Source: Candidatus Enterousia sp. (GTDB lineage Bacteria; Pseudomonadota; Alphaproteobacteria; Rs-D84). Taken from it: DNA of 36,368 nt. The stretch spans positions 1 through 36,368 of the forward strand of contig JAZROU010000020.1 of NCBI GenBank assembly GCA_045648865.1. The letters run 5' to 3'. Positions 26,570 through 36,368 of this stretch are shown here, in pieces. Below the pieces are notes generated by a model. It was given only the letters and a program-made list of their open reading frames with translations. It did not search any database and was not told the origin of the DNA. Each line of letters starts with the position of its first letter. The first letter of the stretch is position 1. The position numbers were made by a program, and so were the translations under genes.

Positions 26570-28329
26570 GCACGCACCCCAAATCCAATTTTTTTCGAAA
26601 ATCCCGCTGATTTACGCAATGACAATAATGCATCAATTTTCTGGGGGGTAAACTCAGTCTTGGTGTCGACACAATCATTTTCCAGCAACGAACGTCGTAA
26701 AATTGCGGTCAGTTCACGTTGGGCTTGGCGCACCCCTTGTTCTGATGTATAGTTCTGAATCAGGTGCCGTATCGCATCATCTGTTATAACGATATCATCT
26801 ACGTTCCATCCTGTGTCACGTGCGGCACGCCCAATTAAATGTTCGCGTGCGATTCTGATTTTATCATCCATTGAATAACCTGGGATTTCAATAATTTCCA
26901 TTCGGTCCTTCAGTGCATTTGACATATTCAGACTGTTAGCTGTTGCAATAAACATCACGTTTGACAGGTCAAAGTCCACTTCCAGATAATGATCGCGGAA
27001 TGTTTTGTTCTGTTCTGGGTCCAATATTTCCAACAGTGCAGATTCCGGATCGCCGCGCCAATCGCGCCCCATTTTATCAATTTCGTCCAGCACAATAACC
27101 GGATTGTTTGTTTTACAGCGTTTCAGTGCATCCATTATTCGTCCGGTCTGTGCGCCAATATACGTCTTGCGGTGACCACGGAAATGCGATTCATCTGAAA
27201 TGCCACCCAGTGAAATGCGCTGATATTTACGCCCCAACGCCATCGCGATTGATTTGCCCAGTGATGTCTTTCCAACACCCGGCGCCCCGACAAAGCACAG
27301 AATTGAACCCTGGTTTGATTTTGTCTTTTTCATGACGGCAATATGTTCCAAGATACGTTCTTTGACCGCATCCATGCCGGAATGTTCGCTGTCTAATACG
27401 GTTCGCGCATATTTTAAATCTATTTCTGATGCATCAGACTTACCCCACGGCATCGCCAACAATTCGTCCAGATATGTTTTTAACAATCCGCCTTCGTTTG
27501 ACATTGGTGACACAGAACGCATGCGTTTCCATTCTGTCATGGCTTTTTCTTTGGCGTCTGCGGGCATATCGGATTTTAAGATTTTCTTACGGATGTTCGC
27601 GGTATCTACCTCGCCATCATCTTCGCCCATTTCCTTTTGCAGGGCGCGCATTTTTTCTTGTAAAATTGCCTCGCGTCGGCCATTTTCCATTTGCTGATGT
27701 ATACGCTTGTTAATAGATTCTTCTATCTTTGCGGTTTCAATCATCAGTTTAACCGCTTCTAACAATATGGTCAGTTTTTGCCCCCAGCTGGTTGCTGCCA
27801 GAACCTTTACAGCTGTATCTGTATCAATATCTGCCGTTTGTATCACCGCATCTATCAGCGCGGGCAGGGGATAGTTATCAATTACATTGCGCAGTTTTTC
27901 CATCTTGAATTTGCGCGTTGACATGGCCAGCGTCTGCATATTATCTGCCAGAATATCGCGCAGAACAATTGTCTGTTCGGCATCCATATCGTCTGCGACC
28001 TTGATTGGTTCTGTCTGGCCTGTAAAGATTCCGTCGTTAATCTCAATATCTGTTATTGATACCGCGTCGGTTGTTTTTACCAACAGGTGAACGGCCCCAT
28101 CTGGCATAGTTAGCACCTGGACAACGTCACCAATTGTACCGACTGTATAAATATCATCTATGCTGGACGGATATGCCCAACTGTGTTGTGGCACCAGCAC
28201 CAATTTCTGCTGTCCGGCATTCGCAGCGGTTTTTATACAGTTAACAGACATATGGTTATCGACCAGCACCGGCACAGTCAGTCCTGGGGATACAACCAAA
28301 TCACGAAAAGGCAAAATATAATTCTTCAT
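26566..28329 (-). CDS. Lon-family N-domain + AAA+ protein lacking the protease domain
   Basis: LPFRDLVV (Lon N), H.GM..VKERILE, GAPGVGKTS, GHRKTYIGA, LDEIDK, GDPESALLEILDPEQN..FRDHYLE, TAN, DRME and GVRQ. It stops at 587 aa with no PKDGPSAG protease motif. Confidence 0.9.
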   Translation of the reverse strand: MKNYILPFRDLVVSPGLTVPVLVDNHMSVNCIKTAANAGQQKLVLVPQHSWAYPSSIDDIYTVGTIGDVVQVLTMPDGAVHLLVKTTDAVSITDIEINDGIFTGQTEPIKVADDMDAEQTIVLRDILADNMQTLAMSTRKFKMEKLRNVIDNYPLPALIDAVIQTADIDTDTAVKVLAATSWGQKLTILLEAVKLMIETAKIEESINKRIHQQMENGRREAILQEKMRALQKEMGEDDGEVDTANIRKKILKSDMPADAKEKAMTEWKRMRSVSPMSNEGGLLKTYLDELLAMPWGKSDASEIDLKYARTVLDSEHSGMDAVKERILEHIAVMKKTKSNQGSILCFVGAPGVGKTSLGKSIAMALGRKYQRISLGGISDESHFRGHRKTYIGAQTGRIMDALKRCKTNNPVIVLDEIDKMGRDWRGDPESALLEILDPEQNKTFRDHYLEVDFDLSNVMFIATANSLNMSNALKDRMEIIEIPGYSMDDKIRIAREHLIGRAARDTGWNVDDIVITDDAIRHLIQNYTSEQGVRQAQRELTAILRRSLLENDCVDTKTEFTPQKIDALLSLRKSAGFSKKIGFGVRA

Positions 28330-28339
28330 AGCAGAACAA

Positions 28340-28367
28340 ATATAATATATTTTAATAACATTTCAAG
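28340..28367 (-). promoter_or_regulatory. Putative RpoH-type promoter of the lon-like operon
   Basis: Minus strand CTTGAA-N15-ATTATAT, same spacing as at groES; ends 10 nt before the ATG. Confidence 0.5.
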
Positions 28368-28397
28368 ATGAATAAAAATGATAAAGAATAAAAAAGC

Positions 28398-28426
28398 TTG
28401 ATTTTTCGGAAAAAAGCGTATAAACT
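28398..28426 (+). promoter_or_regulatory. Putative sigma70 promoter of rpsD
   Basis: TTGATT-17 nt-TAAACT followed by a GC-rich discriminator GTGCCCCG. Confidence 0.6.
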
Positions 28427-28540
28427 GTGCCCCGCTGGGTAATCAGAACTGATTAAACGGCGGTGCTTTTTGGTCCCGCCCGCGATAAGGATTCTGTGCA
28501 ATATCTGGCACCTAAAAAACCAAAAACAAAAGGATAAACT

Positions 28541-29173
28541 ATGGCAAGAGCAGGCGCAAAGCGCAGCACGCGCAAGCTGAAAATCGGACGTTCCTTGGGC
28601 GTCAACCTGTGGGGACAGGCAAAATCACCATTTAACAAACGTAAATATAAACCTGGCCAGCATGGGCCAACATCCCGTGGTGGCAATTCGTCTGATTACG
28701 CAAAACAGATGCGCGCAAAACAGACATTAAAGGGCTATTATGGCAATATCGGTGAAAAGAAGTTCCATAAATACTATATCGAAGCTGACAATATGAAGGG
28801 CGACACACCAGAAAACTTGATTGGTTTGTTGGAACGTCGTTTAGACGCTGTTGTATATCGTGCAAAATTGGCACCAACTGTATTCTCTTCACGCCAGCTG
28901 ATCAGCCACGGTCACATCAACGTTAACGGCAAACGTGTAAAGATTGCGTCATATCAGGTAAAACCTGGTGATGTTATCACAGTCAGTGAAAAAGCAAAAC
29001 AGATGCCATTGGTTGTATTGGCGTTGGAATCTGCGGAACGCAACTTTGCAGATTACGTTTCTGTTGACAGCGCAAATTTCACCGCGACATTTGTACGCGT
29101 ACCTGCGTTCGAAGATGTACCATATCCGGTTCAGATGTTCCCAGAATTGGTCGTCGAATTTTATTCTCGTTAA
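28541..29173 (+). CDS. rpsD: 30S ribosomal protein S4
   Basis: [41 protein letters not shown] and VVEFYSR. Confidence 0.98.
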   Translation: MARAGAKRSTRKLKIGRSLGVNLWGQAKSPFNKRKYKPGQHGPTSRGGNSSDYAKQMRAKQTLKGYYGNIGEKKFHKYYIEADNMKGDTPENLIGLLERRLDAVVYRAKLAPTVFSSRQLISHGHINVNGKRVKIASYQVKPGDVITVSEKAKQMPLVVLALESAERNFADYVSVDSANFTATFVRVPAFEDVPYPVQMFPELVVEFYSR

Positions 29174-29190
29174 TTCGGGAATTTGCAGAC

Positions 29191-29218
29191 AAAAAACCGG
29201 CTGTTATGCCGGTTTTTT
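29191..29218. terminator. Bidirectional intrinsic terminator (rpsD/ABC transporter)
   Basis: AAAAAACCGGC-TGTTAT-GCCGGTTTTTT. Confidence 0.85.
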
Positions 29219-29234
29219 ATTTGTGTGTTTGGAT

Positions 29235-31049
29235 TTATTCCTGGATAAATCCGCCAGATTGCATTTTCCACAGGCGCGCATATTCGCCCCCGCGGCGCAA
29301 CAGGGTGGCATGCGTCCCCTGTTCAATCGCATGGCCGTCTTTCAGTACGACAATTCTGTCCATGTTGCGCAGCGTTGACAGGCGGTGCGCAATTGCCAAT
29401 GTGGTGCGTCCGTGCGCCAATTCATCAAACGATTTTTGAATACATACCTCGGTTTCAGAATCCAGGGCGGATGTCGCTTCGTCCAGAACCAATATCGGGG
29501 CGTCTTTCAGAAACGCACGCGCGATTGCAACACGCTGGCGTTGGCCACCAGACAGTTTTATGCCGCGATCACCAACCATCGAATCATATTTTTTATCTGT
29601 GCCCACGATAAAGTCGTGCGCCATGGCGCGTTTGGATGCGCGACGAATTTCGGCATCTGTCGCCCCCAATTTGCCGTATGCGATGTTTTCGCGCAGTGTG
29701 CGGTTAAACATTGTTGGTTCCTGGGGGATGAATGCGATTGATTCGCGCAGGGAATCCTGGGTGACATTTTTGATGTTCTGGCCATCAATCAAAATTTCAC
29801 CGTGCGTTGGGTCATAGAATCGCATTAACAAATTCACCAATGTTGTTTTCCCAGCGCCCGACGGACCAACCAACCCCACACGTTCACCGCACTTGATTTT
29901 CAGATTAAAGTTCCGCAAGACCCATTTGCGTTTATATTTAAACGATACATTGCGGAATTCGATTTCACCACAGGTGACATGTAATTCGGGCGCGTTTGGC
30001 GCATCCGTAACATCGATGGGAACAGCCAATTCTTCGTACGCGCGTGACGCCGCCCCCAACACATCTGTTATGTTTGGGATTTGATTTACAATTTGACCGA
30101 TTGTTCCCATCACTGTAAAGAACACCGAATTTGTAAACACAATTTCTGCGACGGTTATTTTATTATTCATATATAACCATACGCATAACAACAAGGTTAT
30201 TCCATAACATATATCCCAAATAAGCATTGGGAATCCCCAGAACCAACGCTGGATATAGTATTTATGCTTGTGTGCTTTGACCGCTTTTTGACGCGACGGC
30301 TCAAGGTACGCACGTTCACGCGAAACGCCAGCAAATAATTTTACAACCGAAAAGTTGGAAATGCTGTCTACGCTTTTGCCGGATACTTCGCTGTTGGCAC
30401 TGCTGTAATCTTTGGAGGATTTGTTCATTGGTTTCACCATTGCCCAACTGTACGCGGCACGAAAGACAAATACGATACCAAACATAATTGCAACATATGT
30501 GTTAATTGAAAAAATCAACCCCATGTTAACCGCGATTACTGCGAACAGACAAACGATACGCCAAAAATCAACAATGGCATCAAACCCCTTGGTGACATAA
30601 AGAATTTGTGTGTGAACCTTGCCCGCCATGCGACCTGTCCAAAATGACACGGATTGGAGGTGCACATAGTCGCTGAGATCCGTCCAAATACGATTTGATA
30701 CTATGGGTTGCCAGCGAGCATAATAAACACCGCGAAATAACGCACTGATATCGATAACCAACAGCAACAGCACTATCAATCCGATTGTTGGTAATGCATG
30801 TTCCATAAATGTCATATCAGCAGGTACAGGATTTTCAAACAGCGCAATAAACCATTTCTGAAAGTTTGGAAAGAAAACACCATCCATGGAAACAATAAAA
30901 AAGAATATCGCCCACATAATAAGCGTTCCATAAGATCCAGGAACAGCGTATTTGAAATAGAATTTCCACAAAGATTTTGGCAAAGCCAAATTCTGTGCGT
31001 CTTGTTTTATATTGGTGTTTTTTGATTTACCAATGATTCTGCGTAACAT
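29235..31049 (-). CDS. ABC exporter, fused permease/ATP-binding protein
   Basis: N-terminal TM domain, GPSGAGKT, LSGGQRQR, LDEATSALD and AHRLST. Substrate unknown. Confidence 0.94.
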   Translation of the reverse strand: MLRRIIGKSKNTNIKQDAQNLALPKSLWKFYFKYAVPGSYGTLIMWAIFFFIVSMDGVFFPNFQKWFIALFENPVPADMTFMEHALPTIGLIVLLLLVIDISALFRGVYYARWQPIVSNRIWTDLSDYVHLQSVSFWTGRMAGKVHTQILYVTKGFDAIVDFWRIVCLFAVIAVNMGLIFSINTYVAIMFGIVFVFRAAYSWAMVKPMNKSSKDYSSANSEVSGKSVDSISNFSVVKLFAGVSRERAYLEPSRQKAVKAHKHKYYIQRWFWGFPMLIWDICYGITLLLCVWLYMNNKITVAEIVFTNSVFFTVMGTIGQIVNQIPNITDVLGAASRAYEELAVPIDVTDAPNAPELHVTCGEIEFRNVSFKYKRKWVLRNFNLKIKCGERVGLVGPSGAGKTTLVNLLMRFYDPTHGEILIDGQNIKNVTQDSLRESIAFIPQEPTMFNRTLRENIAYGKLGATDAEIRRASKRAMAHDFIVGTDKKYDSMVGDRGIKLSGGQRQRVAIARAFLKDAPILVLDEATSALDSETEVCIQKSFDELAHGRTTLAIAHRLSTLRNMDRIVVLKDGHAIEQGTHATLLRRGGEYARLWKMQSGGFIQE

Positions 31050-31093
31050 ATGTTATCCGTTGTTTGTAAACTAAATTTTTATTTGTCTGTGCA

Positions 31094-32863
31094 TTACCGG
31101 GATATTATTTCGCGAAAGATTTCCGCTGGAATTGTGCCACCTGTAATCTTAGAATCCATAGGCGAAAAATCATCATTGCCCATCCAGACACCAATTATCA
31201 AATCCTGTGTGGCGCCAACAAACCATGCGTCACGGTTTTCATTGCTGGTGCCGGTTTTTCCGCCCAATACGCCATCTGCGCGGGCGCGACCACCCGTACC
31301 GCCTGGTGCGATAACGTCCGCCAATAACGCCGTCATTGACTCAACCGTGTGTGGTTGCAGTATCATAATTGGATCTGATGGATTTCGTTCGTAAATTACG
31401 CGACCTGTCATATCTGTAATTCTGGTAATCGAATATGGGCGCACAGATTGCCCATTATTCCAAATGACGGCATAAATGTTGGTTAAATCTAACAGACTCA
31501 TCTCTGACGCGCCCAGAACAGTCGAATATTCACGGCGCAGTTTTGTTCCAACACCCAAACGTCCCGCCATGGACAGCACAGAATCAATACCATATAACTC
31601 GGTCAATTTCAGGGGGACAGAATTAACACTTTTTGCAAATGCCGTTGCCAATGTGATATCACCATAATATCGTTCGTTATAATTTTTGGGGTTGTAATCC
31701 CCAATTGCAAACGGGGAATCGTTAACATAGCTGTCTGGCAATAATCCGTTTTCCAATGCTACCAAGTATACCACAGGCTTAAATGCGCTGCCTGGTTGAC
31801 GGGGGGATGTGGCGCGATTGAATTGGCTGTGTTGATAATCCGTGCCACCCGACATTGCACGAATTGCGCCATCTGGGTTCATTGCGATAACGGCGCCTTG
31901 GTGTGGTGTGACGCGACTGGGTAAAGTAGCGGCAATTTGGTCCTGTAATTTCATGTCCAGTGTGGTATGTACATACATATCGGATTCAAATATACCGATG
32001 GTCGATTTTAATTCATCCATTACAAAATCTGTCCAATATCGATACAGGTTTGTATCGCCCACACCGGTGGCTGCTTGCAAAGATTGTGCAGCGGCGCGTG
32101 CCTGGTTTATTGTGATATAGCCCTGGTGTACCATCTGGGTCAATACTGTGCGTGCGCGTTTGATATTTTTTTCTGGATTGCGTAATGGACTGTACGTTGT
32201 TGGCGCCTTCAGCATGGCGGCAATTTGTGCCGATTGCCCAATTGATAATTTTGTTGCCGGCACACCAAACATAGTGCGCGCCGCGGCATCAATTCCACGC
32301 ATGCCGCCCACCAATGATACGCGGTTCATGTACAGGTCCAGGATTTGGTTTTTATTAAAGCGATTTTCCAGCCAGTATGACAGAATCAGTTCCTGAACCT
32401 TGCGCGAAATCTTTTTTTCGCGTGATAAAAATATATTTTTTGCCGTTTGTTGGGTGATGGTGGAACCGCCTGACGCCATTCGACCTGATGCCAGGTTCCC
32501 AAGAACTGCGCGCGTTATCCCACGCATGTCGATGGGACCATGCTGAAAAAATCGTTTGTCTTCGATGGCGACTATTGCCTGCCATACATGTGGGGGCAGG
32601 GTTTCAACCGATACAGGCGTGCCCATTATGCGGTTCGCACTGCGTATTTCATTACCGTCTTTGTCCAAAAAAACGACCGCTGCGTCGCGCGTTTCGTGTA
32701 ATATCGCGTCCAGTGACGGCATGCGCAGATATATTATCGCGACATATCCTGCAATCGCAACACAGCCCAATAAACACAAATTAAAACACCATACAAACAG
32801 ACGACGTCGCAAAGACGGCTTTGGCGCTTCGTTTTCAAGATTTTTATCGTTTTTGCGTGACAA
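31094..32863 (-). CDS. Class A penicillin-binding protein (PBP1A family transglycosylase/transpeptidase)
   Basis: EDKRFFQH, GGSTITQQ, RKVQE; SxxK GSAFK, SVN and KTG. Start inferred at TTG 32863 after a G-rich SD, since the track start overlaps the divergent OMP gene. Confidence 0.92.
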   Translation of the reverse strand: MSRKNDKNLENEAPKPSLRRRLFVWCFNLCLLGCVAIAGYVAIIYLRMPSLDAILHETRDAAVVFLDKDGNEIRSANRIMGTPVSVETLPPHVWQAIVAIEDKRFFQHGPIDMRGITRAVLGNLASGRMASGGSTITQQTAKNIFLSREKKISRKVQELILSYWLENRFNKNQILDLYMNRVSLVGGMRGIDAAARTMFGVPATKLSIGQSAQIAAMLKAPTTYSPLRNPEKNIKRARTVLTQMVHQGYITINQARAAAQSLQAATGVGDTNLYRYWTDFVMDELKSTIGIFESDMYVHTTLDMKLQDQIAATLPSRVTPHQGAVIAMNPDGAIRAMSGGTDYQHSQFNRATSPRQPGSAFKPVVYLVALENGLLPDSYVNDSPFAIGDYNPKNYNERYYGDITLATAFAKSVNSVPLKLTELYGIDSVLSMAGRLGVGTKLRREYSTVLGASEMSLLDLTNIYAVIWNNGQSVRPYSITRITDMTGRVIYERNPSDPIMILQPHTVESMTALLADVIAPGGTGGRARADGVLGGKTGTSNENRDAWFVGATQDLIIGVWMGNDDFSPMDSKITGGTIPAEIFREIISR

Positions 32864-32961
32864 TCCGTCCCCCCCAGATACAGGAATACTAGCATAAACA
32901 TCTTGCCTTTTGCAAAAGTTTATATTTATAATTTTACCACATAACGAAGGGAATAGGAAAC

Positions 32962-33609
32962 ATGAAAAAAATTGTATTTTGTTTAGCTGTCTTAACATCA
33001 ATACCTGCAATGGCCGAAGAATATTGGGACGAATACGAATATGAATACGATGCGTCGCCAGAATATGTCGTGCAACGCGACAACTATGTCGGGATTCGTT
33101 TACACAAAAACGAAAACATCGCATTTAAATACGATGTTAATGATGGCGGTAACACCACAATACGCAAGGATAATTGGGGCTTTGGTGCCGTTGTTGGCAA
33201 TCGATTAACGGACAATATAAAGATTGAATTTGAAACAATGTATACTGGCGCAAAGCAGACCAAGCGCGACACAAATTTTGACTTTGACGTATGGGCGAAC
33301 ATGCTGAACGTGCATTTGTTCCAAGAATACGCAGATGCCGTCGCCCCATATGTGGGTATGGGGATTGGTTTTGCAACTGTTTGGGGTGATGTCAGCAACC
33401 CAAACATGTCAGATTCTGTCTTTGACCTGTCGTACAGCGCCATGATTGGTGTGAATTTTGTTTTAAACGATCGGATTGACCTAAATCTAGGTGTTAAATA
33501 TCAATTCTATGGCACGGTTGAACACAAAATACATAACGCTCGATATGCACAGACCGATGTTGATGCGACCGAATTTTATTTTGGGGCGGTTTATAAATTT
33601 GGTTTGTAA
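32962..33609 (+). CDS. Small outer-membrane beta-barrel protein (OmpA-TM/opacity-like)
   Basis: Signal peptide, alternating beta strands, APYVGMGIG, LNLGVKY and C-terminal GAVYKF. Confidence 0.82.
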   Translation: MKKIVFCLAVLTSIPAMAEEYWDEYEYEYDASPEYVVQRDNYVGIRLHKNENIAFKYDVNDGGNTTIRKDNWGFGAVVGNRLTDNIKIEFETMYTGAKQTKRDTNFDFDVWANMLNVHLFQEYADAVAPYVGMGIGFATVWGDVSNPNMSDSVFDLSYSAMIGVNFVLNDRIDLNLGVKYQFYGTVEHKIHNARYAQTDVDATEFYFGAVYKFGL

Positions 33610-35653
<2,044 letters not shown>

Positions 35654-35655
<2 letters not shown>

Positions 35656-35676
35656 AACGCCCCTGTATTTGGGGCG
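35654..35676. terminator. Hairpin between convergent ligA and DUF378 genes
   Basis: CGCCCC-TGTATTT-GGGGCG, with a T tract on the minus strand. Confidence 0.6.
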
Positions 35677-35699
35677 CAGACATGAAACTTTTTTTGTGA

Positions 35700-35915
35700 T
35701 TAGCGATCGTTGCGTGATACAGGTCGATCAATAAACATCCATATTAACCATATCAACGCCGCAATACCAATAATCGCATAGACTATATTGCTGGCCAATG
35801 TGGCTGGTCCAAATAAAAATGCAACCAAGTCAAATCCAAAGATACCAATCAGTCCCCAGTTCAGGGCACCGATAAATGTCAATGGTATAAGAACATAATT
35901 TGTAAGTCCTCTCAT
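35700..35915 (-). CDS. DUF378 family small membrane protein
   Basis: IGALNWGLIGIFGFDLVAFLFG..IVYAIIGIAAL signature; SD AAGGAG. Confidence 0.9.
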   Translation of the reverse strand: MRGLTNYVLIPLTFIGALNWGLIGIFGFDLVAFLFGPATLASNIVYAIIGIAALIWLIWMFIDRPVSRNDR

Positions 35916-35967
35916 CTATTTTTTCTCCTTTTCAAGGTTTACATGTGTCTTTAACTAAGACAGCTGT

Positions 35968-35996
35968 ATTATATCGTTTTTATTTTTTGTGTGCAA
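35968..35996 (-). promoter_or_regulatory. Putative sigma70 promoter of the DUF378 gene
   Basis: Minus strand TTGCAC-17 nt-TATAAT. Confidence 0.55.
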
Positions 35997-36078
35997 TTGT
36001 AATACTGTGATTGGGAAAAGGTACCTATTAGCCTGTGTGTGGTTATATTCTAGAACGGATTGCCGTAATTATATATCC

Positions 36079-36112
36079 AAAAAAACAAGGTCCCAAATCT
36101 GGGACCTTGTTT
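36079..36112 (-). terminator. Intrinsic terminator after hup
   Basis: AAACAAGGTCCCA-AATC-TGGGACCTTGTTT inverted repeat with a T tract on the minus strand. Confidence 0.85.
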
Positions 36113-36133
36113 AATATAAAAGCCGTTGTTTTT

Positions 36134-36368
36134 TTAGTTCAATGCTTCTTTCAAAGCTTTACCTGGTTTGAACTTAGGCTGTGTAGATGCAGGAATTTTG
36201 ATTGCAGCGCCTGTCTGTGGATTGCGACCTGTTGTTGCTTTGCGTTTTGCTGTTGCAAATGTGCCGAAACCAACCAAGCGAACTTCGCCTTTCTTTTTCA
36301 AAACTTTTGTAACTGTGTTGATGAATGCGTCCAGGCATGATGCTGCGGTTGCTTTTGTAATATCAACT
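36134..36368 (-). CDS. hup: DNA-binding protein HU (3' part; start lies outside the window)
   Basis: Not in the ORF track. Manual translation gives ...VRLVGFGTFATAKRKATTGRNPQTGAAIKIPASTQPKFKPGKALKEALN*. Confidence 0.95.
   Translation of the reverse strand, partial: VDITKATAASCLDAFINTVTKVLKKKGEVRLVGFGTFATAKRKATTGRNPQTGAAIKIPASTQPKFKPGKALKEALN

Noticed and set aside
26024-26600. lon as a frameshifted pseudogene with the protease domain in another frame
   Set aside because: The downstream sequence is fully occupied by an intact tsaB coupled by an ATGA overlap, and I saw no PKDGPSAG-like remnant in the ORF track.

Overview
A compact, gene-dense chromosomal segment of a Gram-negative bacterium. 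The tilS-ftsH order, the RNase E S1 insert and the RpoH-like promoters point to an alphaproteobacterium, possibly a small-genome host-associated lineage (inference). It is mostly housekeeping: groES (partial), HIT, DUF167, LOG, tilS, ftsH, MBL hydrolase, lpxB, lpxA, an N6-adenine methyltransferase-M23 peptidase-bactofilin-rpiB operon, priA, rne, gap, miaA, lemA, a Pif1-like helicase, rimI, tsaB, rpsD, an ABC exporter, a class A PBP, a small OM beta-barrel, ligA, DUF378 and HU (partial). I saw no rRNA, tRNA, CRISPR or mobile element. Four things stand out. (1) A Lon homologue keeps the N-domain and an intact AAA+ module but lacks the whole protease domain, ends in a ClpX-like KKIGFG tail, and has a promoter motif nearly identical to that of groES; it is a candidate Lon-derived unfoldase that works with ClpP or alone. 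(2) A 1187-aa secreted fibrous protein carries eight mosaic 78-aa tandem repeats. (3) rne and rpsD have structured 5' leaders. (4) Several genes appear to be leaderless. All calls come from motif reading by eye; no searches were run.
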